Assembly (NCBI RefSeq): GCF_009914755.1
Contig: NC_060928.1
Length of the DNA stretch: 64,000 bases
DNA from: the human T2T-CHM13v2.0 reference genome, Homo sapiens
Reading direction: 5' to 3' (one strand)
Of this stretch, positions 15,321 to 31,449 are shown piece by piece; position 1 is the stretch's first letter, and each line of letters opens with the position of its first letter. A model generated the notes under the pieces. That model saw only the letters and a program-made list of their open reading frames with translations, ran no database searches and had not been told where the DNA came from. Made by a program: the position numbers and the translations under genes.

Positions 15321-16094
15321 ACAACTCCCTCCAAAAATCTTTCTGTTCTTGACTCATATCCACCTGTTTTTATTTTATAATTTCTTGTTCTTTCTTCATG
15401 GATACTACATTTTCTTATATTCTGTTGGGGATTTTATCCACATGGTGTAAAGTCTACTTTAAAATATGGTTCTAAAACTTACAGTTCCTCAGTAATAAAT
15501 TCTCCTGTTTGTTGAGTTGTGTACAAAATATTTTCTGATAAATATTTTGACCACATACTTTGTAATTTTTCTTTTTAGATTCACCTTGAGTAGATGTTTC
15601 TTACAGTTTATCTTCCCAATCTCATGATGCTTAGCCTTTTGGGTTTGGCAGATTTACATTGCTATCCCCTAGAGCATTGGATTCTCCAATTCAGAACCAG
15701 GTTTCATTTTGGTACCATGGGTCTCTTCCTTGTCGGAGCATTCAGAGATGGAGTTTCTGAGAGATAAGTTGGTTGGCTCAGATCCGAGGTTCATGGGCCA
15801 CCCAACAGGAGCTGTAGCCTTAGGTAGGGTGATATAAATCATACCTGCGGTGGCCTTGCAAGGAGGGACTCAAGGGAATAAATACACAGTATATGCAACC
15901 TGTTGTACACCAACTCATGTACCCTTGTCCTTACTGAACAATTCTATGTAGGTTTTGGCCTGTTTCAGGCTGGCAGTGCCTCAACTCACGTGTCTGCTGC
16001 TCTTCCCTCTTTTATACTCCACCTTCCTCTTTCTGCCAGGTCTTCTCTGATGCCTGTGGCACTCTGCTCAGCACTCATTCATTAGTAACAAATA

Positions 16095-16400
16095 AATGTG
16101 GGCAATCAATAGCCCTTGGGGGCTGGAGACAATAGTGAATTGCTTCTCCATTTTACCCTTCTGGTGGACAATGCTGAGGCATAGTCTGTTTTCTTCTTAG
16201 AACCATTGAGCAGCTCAGATTTAATACCTGATGTTCACTGCAGTAGCCAACTTGGTAGTAGATCCTTATATTGATTTTGTTGCTTCCCTTATCTGACTCA
16301 CCCCAGTCCTTCACTCCTGCTTCCTATTATCACTTATAAAACTACCTGAACACGAACCCTATTCTTGGACTCTGCCTTCAAGGAAATCCAGGATGAAAAA
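16095..16400 (+). mobile_element. LTR16-like ERVL LTR remnant
   Basis: cagtccttcactcctgcttcc...aaactacctgaacacgaacc...ctctgccttc resembles the LTR16 3' half. Confidence 0.55.
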
Positions 16401-16404
16401 TATC

Positions 16405-16545
16405 CTGACCTTACTGAAACCAACAAAATGTCAGAAGACAACAGTGGCCAGTGATGGAATCTGTAGTAGTCAACCTCTTCACTCAAAAAGTAGGGCAGAG
16501 GCAGGTTAAGAGTGAATCTTGAAGGACAAATGGAAAACACTAAAA
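16405..16545 (-). mobile_element. LTR33-like ERVL LTR 5' fragment
   Basis: Reverse complement tgtccttcaagattcactc...gaggttgactactacagattccatcactgg resembles the LTR33 start. Confidence 0.5.
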
Positions 16546-17589
16546 CACTTTCCAAAAGTTTATTATGTCCTCAACCTTGGGACTAAATAAATAAATTTAC
16601 TCAGCATGGCATGCTCTTCTGGGCAAAATGCTTGTATAAATCATACCAATTTTCTCATTTACTGACATATAAAGTCTGCTATAAGGAAGTGATACACCCA
16701 ACTCATTTATGTAGAAAGAGTTTTAAACAAAAAAGTTGTTTGAATTTGGAATATGTAGGTTATGGCATAGAGTCAAGGCAGCACAAGGTCACCACTTGGC
16801 AGCAATATCATCCAGTGCTGTAAAGCATTGATAAGGAGATTCACAAGATGTTCTTTAACAATTCTCCTAATTCTAAGTCAGAGCATCAGTGTCTACTAAT
16901 GAAATAGAAACACTCTCTTTCCATGGGGTGATGTGAGTAGTCATTATTGGAATGCACTCAAATTTTTTGGAAGGAACGTGTTTCCTAACTGAGGGCACCA
17001 CGAACAGTGTTATATCACTCAACAGGAAGCCCCACCATGCAGTAGTAGAGGAATAGAGGTTTTGGAGCAGAGCTGCAGGTATTTGTGTCAAAGGGCGGGT
17101 TGAGGAGAGGAGTATAGACTGTATTCTCCAAAATTCTGTGCTAACATGAACAGAGATGCAACAAGGAGAAATGCAAAACGGAATTTGACCCTTGGTTTCA
17201 GCTCTCCAGTGGCAAAATCTAAACAGAGCCTTTGTTCAATACTTGGCACATCATTCCCTAGGCGGCAATGGTCCATTTTGAGAAGACATATGACACTCTC
17301 AGGGAAACAGGACTTGGAAGAAGTAGAAGGACCAGCCCATCGAGGAGAAACAGAGTGATGGTGTGTTCTTTCCTCGGGCAGGGCTACTCTGTGCACACCA
17401 GGATGCCTCTAACAAACAAAGGTCCTTTGGAAGAAGAAAGAGCAGCTCCTGGCTGTTCTCAGTCATGAGAAGACTCTTTTATGTGCAAGGGAGTTGTGAG
17501 AAATTGGCTCCTATCAAATGTCAGATGATTGTATTCATTTGATTTCGTATAATGGCAAAATTTTATAAGAAGTCAAATAAGTATGAAGA

Positions 17590-17890
17590 ACAATATGCTG
17601 ACTTGGAGCCAGAAGACCTGAGATTGAACCTCAGCTCTAATAATAATATCAGCTCTGCTCATAATCACATAATTGCATATGAGCAGAGCAACTCCACAAG
17701 ACAGCTGCTGTTCTTAGCCTCATTTCACAGGTCTGTAAATGGAGGCACGAAGAGATGGAGTAACATTTCTAAGGTCACAAAGCTGGTGGTAAGTGTCAGA
17801 CTTGAGACCCAGTCCTGTCAGGAATTTAATGATTATGCTTTGCTAGTCCTCAGCAAATTCACTTACTCCTTCTGAGTACCCATTTCCAAA
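17590..17890. mobile_element. MIR fragments in opposite orientations
   Basis: ttggagccagaagacctgag (+) and ctcatttcacagg...aaggtcacaaagctgg (-). Confidence 0.6.
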
Positions 17891-18039
17891 TATTTTAAAC
17901 ATACCTAATAATACTTATAGGATTTAGGAGAGAAGCAAATGATTTTTTTTCAACAACCTTTTGCTTGTTGTTGATCCCATTTGTTCTGTTTCTCAGAGAA
18001 CATTGACTAATACAACATCTTTAAAAGCAATTACTCTGA

Positions 18040-18680
18040 TTTTTAAAATTATTCACTACAAAAGTAGCATTTTAAAGAGACTTTGGAAGTTAAAAAGATT
18101 AAAAAAAATTGGTGATCTCACTATTCAAATCCAACTATTGTTCAAATTATGTTTCATTCCTTTCCAGCATTTCCCTACATGGACCATTGTTGCTGTTTTT
18201 CAAATATTAAATTATACTGTATATAATTTTATATCATCGTTTTTCACATTAAATCGTAAATATTTCTCATTGTTTAGTCTTCATCACCATAATTTTTAAT
18301 ACCAGCATGAGAGCCTTTGTGATATAATTGGTTTAAATATCCTGTGCATGTTGCAAATCTAATTGGTTTCTATTTTTCATTATTACAGTAATAAACATCT
18401 GCCTGCATAAAGCATTTTACATATTTGAAATTATTTCCTTAGGATATATCATCAAAGTAGAATAATTACATCAAAGTGCACAAATTTACTTAAGCAACTT
18501 GCTACAAACTTTCTTTAGAAAGGTCCTTCCAATTTGAAAATCCCCCCAGGAGAATATGAAAGTATCCATCACATACGCGCTGACCAGCATTAAGAGTCTA
18601 GGTTATTTTTTGAATTTTGTGATTAAAAGAGATAGCATAAATTATTTTAATTGGCATTTCTTCCATTGCTAGTGGGGTCT
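18040..18680 (-). mobile_element. L1ME4-like fragment
   Basis: attatttccttaggata...aaagtagaataatt and aataaacatc motifs. Confidence 0.55.
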
Positions 18681-19039
18681 ACTGTCAACTTTCCATTGTC
18701 ATTAACCTGTCATACCCACTAGCACGTGAACCACAATCAGTTACCTATCATAGCTTCATGATATGTGGGGCTGGTCCTAACAATATATTTTTTCCTCAGA
18801 AATGTTTGTTTATTCTGCTCATGTTTCTAGGTGAATTTTGGAATGATTGGAATCATGTTGTCGAGTTTCTTAACAAAACTTCCCTTTGGGATTTTGATGA
18901 GGTCTGTATTAAGTAAACCAGGTCCTCCCAATTACACCCAGAAAACCCTTGAAGTCACCCAACCACATGCATTAGCATCTCACTTCAGGAAGCCTCAGGA
19001 AGCCCCACAGTCTCCACTTCTAGCATCCCTGCTGTATCC

Positions 19040-19963
19040 TGAGGCTTTCTGCCCTAAGCAACAAAAGGCCCAACAATGAAGTAGCCTGATATGGTTTGGC
19101 TGTGTCCCCACCCAAATCTCATCTTGAATTGTAGCTCCCATAATTCCCACGTTATGGGAGGAACCCCATGGGAGGTAGCTGAATCATGGGGGCGGGGGGG
19201 TCTTTCCCATGCTGTTGTCCTGATAGTGAATAAGTCTCACAAGATCTGATGGTTTTATAAAGAGGAGTTCCCCTGCACATGCTCTCTTGCCTGCTGCCAT
19301 GTAAGATGTGACTTTGCTCCTCTTTCACCTTCCACCATAATTGTGAGGCCTTCCCAGCCATGTGGAACTGTGAGTCCATTAAACCTCTTTCCTTTATAAA
19401 TTATCCAGTCCCAGGTATGTCTTTATTAGCAGCATGAGAACACACTAATACATAGCCTAAATCATGAGGAAGGATTTATACCCTCACCAATAGAAAACCC
19501 TGAGGCAAGACTTTTCTAGGTTTAGCCCTGGCAACTGCACAATGTCTCCAAGGCTTTGCGTTTTCCCATTTGGTCCGTCCTCAGTTGGTCGGCTGGGATA
19601 GCTACTTCAGACCCAGATCATGCCATCATGTTAACCAGTCACAGTTTCCAAAGTCACAGAGGGGAGTTTCTTTTTCAAGATTTTGTTTTGTTTTGTTTTT
19701 GATTAAGGAGGAAGGCCCTTCCTGGAAGTTCTCGCACAGACCTCTCATAGATTTCATTGGCCAGGTTGGCATCATCTGACTATGCCTTCTCCAATCAGTG
19801 GTGTGGGGAAGGAACTGCCATTGGTTCTGGAAAATCCAGTCACATGATGGGGCTGGACATGACCTCCTTCCCTTAGCATGAAGAGGGTAAGCATCAGAAT
19901 AAAATCGGAGAAAGAGGGATGCAGGACAGAAGGTATTGGCAGCTGAGTAACAATGGCTACCAC
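19040..19963 (-). mobile_element. Old MLT1 (K/L-like) LTR interrupted by THE1B
   Basis: cagacctctcatagatttcattggccagg and terminal ggctaccaca. Confidence 0.55.
19087..19452 (+). mobile_element. THE1B solo LTR
   Basis: tgatatggtttggctgtgtccccacccaaatctc...cactaataca termini, perfect 5-bp TSD tagcc. Confidence 0.95.
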
Positions 19964-20556
19964 ACCAGGATTTTCTCAAATTGCATTTTGGGAAACACAA
20001 ATTATAGAGTTAATCCTTGCTCTGGGTGTCTAACTATTTGTGGTACTGAATCTTATGCTATTTGGGGACACTCTTTTTTTAAAAAAAGAATAGGAAATAT
20101 CTCATACAAAATTATGCGGGGGAGCATTCATCTAAAAGGAGAAAAATACAGCAAATTATGTATTTTTAGAGTCTAGCAAATTACCACAAATACCGCAAAC
20201 TCTAGAAAAAGAACATAATATTTATCTGCCCTGCTCACCTATATTTTTATAACCGATAATTCTGAAGAATAGACAAAATTAGGGCATATACAAAAGTAAT
20301 TCAAGGCACATTATTGATTTACATAATTATATATAATCAAATTACTGTTGTGTTACATACACGGACTTACTGATGAACATGTCTAGGACTTTTGTCACTG
20401 TAACACTTGTGAGTTTAGAATGCTTCACTTCATTAATGGCAATTCTGAATGCCGTTGTATCCAAAATGTCCACTTTGTCAGGGCAAGACATGTCAGATCT
20501 GTGCATGCTGCATACGGCCTGTGACTTCTCATGCAGATGTATTTACTGTTTGGTAC

Positions 20557-21192
20557 TGTTGTAGCTTTCTATTGCTGTGTAACAAATCACCACAGACTGG
20601 GTGGCTAAAAACACACAAATTTATTGCCTCACAATTTATACAGGTCTGAAGTCTAGGCACAGCATAGCTGGATTCTCTGCTCAGGGTCTCAAGCAGAAAT
20701 CAATGTGTCAGTCAGGGTTACAGTTCTCATTTGGGGTTCAGGGTCCTCCTATAAGCTCTCTGGTTTCACTGGTTGTTGACATGATTCATTTCCTTGCAGC
20801 TGTAGGACTGAGGTCTCCATTTTCCTCCTAGCCACTAGCCTGAGACAACTGGCAGCATCTAGAGGCTTACGTACCATGTGACCCCAGTAGGAAGTTTACA
20901 ATATTAATGTTTGCTTTTTTTCCCCACTGCAAACCAGCTAGGGGTATGTCTCTATGTCTTTTTCTTCTGCTACCAGCCAATCTCTCAGCTTTAAAAGGAT
21001 TCATATGATTAGGATTGCCCCTACTCCTCCTAGTCTACATATTTTAAAGTTAACTGAGTTGAGAGGTTAATTACATCTGCAAAATCCCTTTATAGTAGTA
21101 CTCAGATTAGAATTGGATTGAATAACTAGAGAAATGTGTGTGCACACTAGGGCCAGGAATCTTGGAGGGCCATTTGTTAATTCTGCCTAGCA
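20557..21192 (-). mobile_element. MLT1E-like LTR
   Basis: ttctattgctgtgtaacaaatcaccac...ttaattacatctgcaaaatccc...aattctgcctagca. Confidence 0.8.
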
Positions 21193-21529
21193 GAGGCACT
21201 ATTATAGGTTTGTGCCTTACAGATGTAGGGATTCTGATACTAGTGTGATTCTCTTCAGGATTATAATTGTATATGCTACATTATTATATATCCTAGCAGA
21301 AAAACTTGTTTTTGACTAGGCATTGATGAGTGCCAGATTGCTGGCAATTTCACATGACAAGATTGAAAAAATTTTCCAAAGATATCTCTGGTTCTCCATA
21401 TTTCAAACTTTGTTTCCTTTCTTTTACCATTGTCTGTCCTCTGGAAAAAATAAAATAATGTTCTCTGGTAAAATAAGTTTGAAGTGCATGCCAGGTCCCC
21501 ATTCAGAAGACTAACAGGATACATTCATA

Positions 21530-21751
21530 TAGAGATCCTCAATTCCTTATCAACAATTCTGAAATTCACAAAGCTCTGAAGCCAGTGCTTTACATGGTGG
21601 AAACATGTAACATGAACTGAAATGAAGCTACTTATGGGTCCTTACTGATTTTGTTATCAATTATGTATATCACTGTAGAAATATTAGTCATTCATTGTAA
21701 GATGCTGCCAAGACTTTCAGGAGTCTTAGGACACAACTCTCTAAAAATTTT

Positions 21752-21783
<32 letters not shown>

Positions 21784-21820
21784 CTAGGCCCCAAGGATTT
21801 CAGATAAGAGAGTGTGAACT
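21530..21820. mobile_element. Tigger-type (TcMar) MITE remnant
   Basis: Degenerate terminal inverted repeats agatcctcaattccttatc / gataagagagtgtgaact, and ggccccaaggatttcagataag. Confidence 0.5.
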
Positions 21821-21883
21821 ATTATTAAAAGCTAAAAGATATAGTATTTAAAACTATTTAGCGGGCAAATAATCATAATTATC

Positions 21884-22670
21884 TGCGCAGGGAAAGATGT
21901 TTTCCATCTATTCTAACACCAACGGATGTACTTCAATTCAGTTCTGGCACTAAGCACCCAGAATTAGTGCAGACTCCGTAAGTCAAAGGGCATGGTTCCA
22001 AGCAACACTGTTTTCACTTCAGACACCAGCTAAAAACGGGGCCCCTAGGCCACCTGCACGTAGGACACACCGACTACAATTCAGGGGTTCCCGTGACCAC
22101 TTCTAGTTCAATAATTTGCTAGAATGACTTGGAGAACTCAGAATGTGCTATACTCATGGTTTTACTATAAAGGATGCAACTCAGGAATAGCCAAAGAAAG
22201 AGATACACAGGGAAAGCCCTGGGAGGCTCCTGGACGCAGAGCTTCTATGCCCTGTCCCCGTGGAGTCAGGACACATCCTCTTCCCAGGACATTGATATGT
22301 TCACCAGCCAGGAAGCTCCCACAGGCTTCAGTGTCTAGTATTTTTATTGGACTTTCATTATGTAGGCATGACTGATTACATCATTGGCCACGTCATTGAA
22401 CTCACTCTCCAGCCTCCTGTCACCTTTCTGGAGGTCAGCCTGGTTCAAAGTCCCAGCCCTCGAATGATGCAGCTGGTCTTTCTGGTGAGCAGCTCTCATC
22501 CTGAAGCTATCTAGGAGCTGATCGTGAGTTATTAACATAAACTCAAGTGTGGTCTAAGGGTCTCATGGATAACAAAAACACTTTTTATCACTTGGGAAAT
22601 TATAAGGGTTTTAAAAGCTCTGTGCCAGAAACCCTGGGCAAAGGTCAGACAAATTCTCTATTATGCAGCA
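21884..22670 (-). mobile_element. MER21-like ERVL LTR
   Basis: aattcagttctggcactaa, cacttcagacaccag, aatttgctagaatgac, aaggatgcaactcaggaatagcc. Confidence 0.8.
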
Positions 22671-23179
22671 GCATCGTATGACTATTAACATTCCTAGCAT
22701 GTTCTTCCTTTATCACTAGTGGGGCTGCTACCTGCGACTAAGACCCAGTTTCTGATGCTGTTCTTTTGTTAATGTTCATATGCGATAGGAAGAGAGACTT
22801 CCACAACGTCCCCCTTGGGTTGATTCCTGTCTTCAATCCACTTTCTATTCCTGGGTGGGAACAGGGAGATTTTTATTCAAATCATATGCATGTTTTAATA
22901 AAATATGTAAACATAAATACCCACACATACTTCTTTTGGTCAAATTTATCGTCTAACATTTTATAATTACCTGCTGGCATATACTTGGTTTATATTTTTC
23001 TTATGTTTTCAAAATAGTAGTTGCTGACTTGGAGGAATGCTACTGATTTTTATATATTTATCTCTCTGATCTCTTTTACTCATAACTCTTATTAATTCTA
23101 ATACCATTTTGGTTGATTTGGATTTTTGTAAATAGTAAACCATGTCATCTTCACATAATGATACCCTTTCTTATACTGA

Positions 23180-23929
<750 letters not shown>

Positions 23930-24517
23930 CTTATAACACCTATTTTTGTTTCAGGCATTATGAGAATGTCCAGGATATTCAGAATACACTTAAATAATTA
24001 CGATGATGCCAGAAGCTCTGTTTAGTTCTTGATTTCAATGGAGACATTCCTGGTGTTTTATTGTTAACCATGATACAATATTGGCTGTTTTGGAATATAC
24101 TTTGTCATACTAAGGACGTAGACTTCAAGTTTAGCATTTTTATTATTAATGGATGTTAAATTTTATATATGACCATTTAAACACCATTAATTTTTTTAAT
24201 ATGATTTATTTTAAGAGACTAATAACAGAATCCCTTTGCAGGTTTTTTTTTAATATAAAAGTATGCCTCAAGTTCTAATTCTAGAATTCTAGAATCATCT
24301 GAAAAAGCTAATGTTATCACCCTTATTAAGTCTCAGTTAAAGAATCCCTCCAGATAGTTTTATTGCATGGACCTTACCTAATTATTGGACTCAAGATTCT
24401 GATACTTGAATTAGAGAAAGCCAGGTAGCTACGTGTTCTACTTTAGTACTTTGTAAACATCAGTGAATATGGACAACAATGTAAGCTGCCCTTTGGGGAA
24501 CAACTGTTCTACCAAAT

Positions 24518-24765
24518 CAGGGGTTAGAAAACAGAGGTCCATAGGCCAGATCCACCCCTGTCCACCCTACCTCCCACTTCCATGCACTGCTGTCTTTTTG
24601 TAAATACAATTTTATTGGAACACAGCCATGCCCATTTATTTATGTATCATTGATGGCTGTTTTCATGCTATATGGCAGAATGTAGTCATTGCAACAGAAA
24701 CGTATGGCCCACATGGCCTAAAATATTTACCATTTGGCCCTTACAGAAAAGTGTGCCTACCTCTG
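24518..24765. mobile_element. MER58A (hAT-Charlie)
   Basis: caggggttag...ttttattggaacacagccatgccc...ctaaaatatttaccatttggccctt...cctctg. Confidence 0.88.
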
Positions 24766-24936
24766 TTCTAGATACTAACCAGTATTCTGAGGGGAAAAAA
24801 AAATGTTAGGAAGGCATTCCACTGTTAAGTAAATTCAAGAAGTAGTATATCCCTTCATGAACATTTAAATTTTACTCTAACAAGTAAAAAAAAAATTCTG
24901 GAATCCTACAGAAATACACATACACCCTCACACACA

Positions 24937-25358
24937 CAGTTGGCCCTTGAACAATGCTGAGGAGAGGGGTGTTGACCCCCACCATGTAATCAAAAATCCA
25001 CATGTAACTTGATTCCCCCAAAACTTGACTACTAATAGCCTACTGTTGCCTGGAAACCTTACCAATAACATAAACAATTAACACATATTTTGTGTATGTA
25101 TTACACACTGTATTCTTACAATAAAATAAGCTGGGGAAAAGAAAGTGTAACTAAGAAAATCATAAAGAAGATAAAAAGTATTTGCTATTCATGAAGCAGA
25201 AGTAGATCATCATGAAGATCATCCGCACAGTGTTCATGTTGAGTAGGCAGAGGAGGAAGAGGAGGAAAAGGAAGGGTTGTTTTGCTATCTCAGGGGTGGC
25301 AGAAGCAGAAGAAAATCCTCATATATAGTGCAAACTCATGTTGTTTAAAGGTCAATTG
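24937..25358. mobile_element. Tigger2a-like DNA transposon
   Basis: TIRs cagttggcccttgaacaa / ttgtttaaaggtcaattg followed by TA, and actactaatagcctactgttg. Confidence 0.88.
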
Positions 25359-25506
25359 TATGCATATATAAGCTCACACATATACAGCAATTTGGTTTTA
25401 TAACATTATTTTACATACTTTTTTATACTTCCAAATCTATTTTCCATTGAAGAACTACTAATATTTCTCAGCACTCTAGAATTTAGTGGATTCTACTCTA
25501 GAATTT

Positions 25507-26440
25507 AGTGGTGGATAATGTGGACTTTAGAACCAGATAATTCCAGCTCCCTCTTCCTCACCTCTGTGACACAAGTGAGTTTCTCAACCTCTCCTCCCAC
25601 CATGTGACTGTGCTGAGTTCTTGTGAGAATTTAGTGAGATAAATGTGCAAGATGCCTGATGTCAAATAAATGGAAAAAATAATAAATGCTTGCTGTAAGG
25701 TGTTATTTATTTTCCTATCACTGCTGTAGAATTCTCTATTTCTGCATTTTGCCTCTCCTTTCCTTTGGTCCTGCTTTATCTGACTCAAAGATTATTTGTA
25801 ATATGGTTTGGCTATGAACTTGCTCATAGTTTGAATTTGCTAGGCTGAATAGTAAGGATGAAGTGAGTCCGTGACTGACTGGCTGTTGCTACAGTCAGCT
25901 TTCATTCATAACAAAGGTTATTAACTTACCTGTGATGTTTTTATGGCAATTGTGTGGGAGGCCACAAGGTACAAAGGGAATTCCTTTGGATCCAGGCAAA
26001 AGTACACTCACACTGGCACTTTGACCTGTGACAAGTTCCTTGCTTCCTATTAGCTGGCTTATCTATTTTTATAAACTAGGACTAAGAACAACTAATTAAA
26101 AGATTACCAGAATAATGTGAGTTAAGGCTTGTGAAGTAGCTAGTCTGTTTTCTGCAACACAGCAAATGTTTCCCAAGGGTTGATTCTTTCCTGCAAAATT
26201 GCTGACACAGTTGAGAGAGAGTTTTAGATTGAGGTAACCCTTGGGAGGGAGGCAATGTATTGCAGTGGTTGAGAATGTGGACTTCAGAACCAGATATACT
26301 CCAGTTCCCTCTTCCTCACCTCTGTGACACAAGTGAGTTTCTCAACCTCTCCTTCCACCATGTGACTGTGCCGAGTTCTTGTGAGAATTTAGTGAGATAA
26401 ATGTGCAAGATGCCTGATGTTAAATAAATGGAAAGGATAA
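25507..26440 (+). repeat. Direct repeat of ~176 bp (25507-25682 and 26264-26440), MIR-derived
   Basis: Near-identical copies, including a shared ccctcttcctcacctctgtgacacaagtgagtttctcaacctctcc. Confidence 0.95.
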
Positions 26441-26499
26441 GAAGTACATTGCCAAAGTATTAGCATGATGGTCATAGAGGTATCATGCTATGAAAAGGG

Positions 26500-26740
26500 A
26501 ACAATGAATTGGAAGTTGAAAGATACAGCTTGAAGTCCTCGAGTGAGCCACTAACTTACTGGTTCGACAACCAGTAAGATAATCAAGTAAGGTTATCTAA
26601 GTAAGGTTAACCAATAAGATAACCAAGTAAGGCACTAACTTACTGGTTATCTAACCAGTAAGATAACCCTACTTAGATAACCAGCAAGTTAGCTAGCTTG
26701 ATCTGGTTATGTAACCTCTCTGGGCTTCCATCTATCATCT
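26500..26740 (+). mobile_element. MIR containing a palindromic patchwork insertion (26549-26716)
   Basis: MIR-like gccactaact... and aacctctctgggcttccatctatcatct flank the mosaic. Confidence 0.6.
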
Positions 26741-27929
26741 TTGTGGGCTTGACCTAGGTAATACTGTTATACATTTTAGAGCATTTTAAGGGCTACAACA
26801 TATTTCACACACTTTATTTCACTTTGCAGTCATAATAGTATAGCTCAGGTTCTGTGAAATAAGACTTTATGATGCCAATATAACTAGATTAGAAGCACTT
26901 TCTTTTTTTACCTCCAGCCCCTTCTGTGATGCCATTTCTGTAGCCAAATCATTTCCAATGTCCGCAAAGGGGGTCCTTGTTAGGCACTATTTTTATTAAT
27001 ACACAAATGTTCCAACTCAATTGGCTTCCGGGCTAATGAATTTAATTTGACAAGGAAATTAATCAGTTCTAACTAGGCTTCTAAATTATTCCTTGCGCCT
27101 TTATGTTTCCTTGGCTTGCATTCACTTTTCCACATGCTGCTGTTGTTGGGGCTTTTCAGGCTACTTAGGGTCAATGGGACAGGCTCCATCACTAGCCTTA
27201 AGGCCTCATTCAAGTTCATGGTGGGGTTACTCCTGTGCTGGGCTGGAGGTATTACTGGATTCAAGCCTAGCCCCCAGCATAACCACCAGCTCTTTCTATG
27301 GGCTGGGCCTCTTTGGTTCTTTAAGAAACTTTGGTATGAACAGAAGCAACTTTGAGACATGGGATTGTAGATGAGAAAAACCACTGGGAAAGGGCAGATT
27401 TGCGGATGGTGAAAGCAAACCAGTGACAGCCGCTCCCAGTGAAATTTGCCTCTGAAGTGTCTCAGGGCTACCTTGTCATCACACATGTTTGCTAGCCCTA
27501 GAAAGCATCCAAGCCAATGTGAGACATCCATCGGTTCATCTGCTCAGGAGGAATGTTCCTTCTTGGAATAGTAATGTGACATTGATTTGTGGCAAGACAA
27601 GAATTCCATCCAATAAAACTCTAATGCAATATTGGACCATCATAAAAATAATTGAGAAAAAATTCAATGTTTAATCTCTGCTAATTTAATATTCCTAAAG
27701 ATATGTGAATAGGGCTTCGGGTCAGATTGATTTTACCATGGTCAATTTTTTGTTACCTTTTTCCCCTAAATTCCTTTGAGTCAGAAAAAAAAAATCAGAG
27801 TTATTGTGAAGTTTGGGAATGTATTCTGTTTTGTTTGTTATTGTTATTGTTATTTGTATAGCATTTTAGGGTAGCAATTCCATTTTAAATATTTTTTTCC
27901 TAGGGAAATAATCATATAAATACTAAAGA

Positions 27930-28160
27930 TAATGATAATTAACAATTCTTGTGCTTATCATTTGCCAGAGATTGTGCTAAGTGCATTATCAGCATCATTT
28001 ATTTTAACTTCAAAAAATGGATTGAATTAAAGATTAGTGTTATATTCATTTGATTTTACAGATGAAGAAAGGAAGTTCGGAAAGGATAAGTACAATGCCA
28101 AGGTCACACAGCAAGGTAACTGATAAGGTAAAAATTTCTGGCTTATCTAACTCCTAATTA
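27930..28160 (-). mobile_element. MIR
   Basis: ttgtgctaagtgc...ttttacagatgaagaaa...gccaaggtcacacagc. Confidence 0.75.
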
Positions 28161-28531
28161 CTATGACACACTAACTTATGCTGCATATAACTGCATACTG
28201 TATATTTAAATAAAATATAAATGTAAAGAAAAAGGACTGGAAGGATATGTGCTAAACTATTAACAGTGTTTGGTTTTAATTAGTGAGATGACTTTTTTTC
28301 TTTTTATTTATTTATTTATTATTATTATTTTACTTTAAGCTTTAGGGTACATGTGCACAACGTGCAGGCCAGTCACACATGTATACATGTGCCATGCTGG
28401 TGTGCTGCACCCACCAACTCATCATCTAGCATTAGGTATATCTCCCAATGCTATCCCTTCCCCCTCCCCCGACCCCACAACAGTCCCCAGAGTGTGATGT
28501 TCCCCTTCCTGTGTCCATGTGTTCTCATTGT

Positions 28532-30821
<2,290 letters not shown>

Positions 30822-30891
30822 AAGAGGATACAAACAAATGGAAGACTTTTTTTCTTATTTTCCAAGTTTTGTTAAATAAAAATGTGTTACA

Positions 30892-30894
<3 letters not shown>

Positions 30895-30920
<26 letters not shown>
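30895..30920. repeat. (CA)13 microsatellite
   Basis: Read directly from the sequence. Confidence 0.95.
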
Positions 30921-30922
<2 letters not shown>

Positions 30923-31449
30923 CTCTACTCCCCTCTAAATGTTTCTCCCCAATTTTCTATTTCAACAAATGGCTTCACCCCTACCCAAAACAAAACAGGT
31001 AGCTAGGAGCTGTTCTTGATTCCTCTCTTTGCCTTAACCTCAACAAGCCCTTTCAATAAGACTATATCCCCAAATATATCTACTACTCACCTGTTTTACT
31101 TCCAGGGACATTGCCATTATCCTTCCTGACTTCTACCACTGTCTTCACCACATGGCAGCAAGAGAGATCTTTTGAAAATAAAAATCAGAATGTGTTTCTT
31201 GCCCTCTGAAAACTGTTGGTGGCAAGTAGAATAAAATCTATGCCTACCCCACACTCCTAGCCTCTCTGGATATGGTTGATTCCTGCTTTCTTCTTCAATT
31301 CTCCTCCTGCCATTTTCCAACCTCTCACGAGGCTCTGTGAGGGTTTTCCCCCAAGGCCTCAGGCATGCTAGAATTTTCATTCACATGTTCTTTCTGTGGT
31401 TAGGACCCTCTTCTCCCGCCTCTCGAGGGGAAGATCTAGTCAACTCTCA

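Noticed and set aside
19990-21520. hAT-type DNA transposon remnant flanking the MLT1E, with a similar candidate at 32756-33190
   Set aside because: The sequence is suggestive, but I could not assign a family or termini reliably.
26549-26716. CRISPR-like array or minisatellite
   Set aside because: There is no constant repeat-spacer period, units occur in both orientations, and the context is eukaryotic.
27073-27531. 152-aa minus-strand ORF in non-repeat sequence
   Set aside because: No recognisable motif, and similar-length ORFs overlap it in other frames, consistent with chance.
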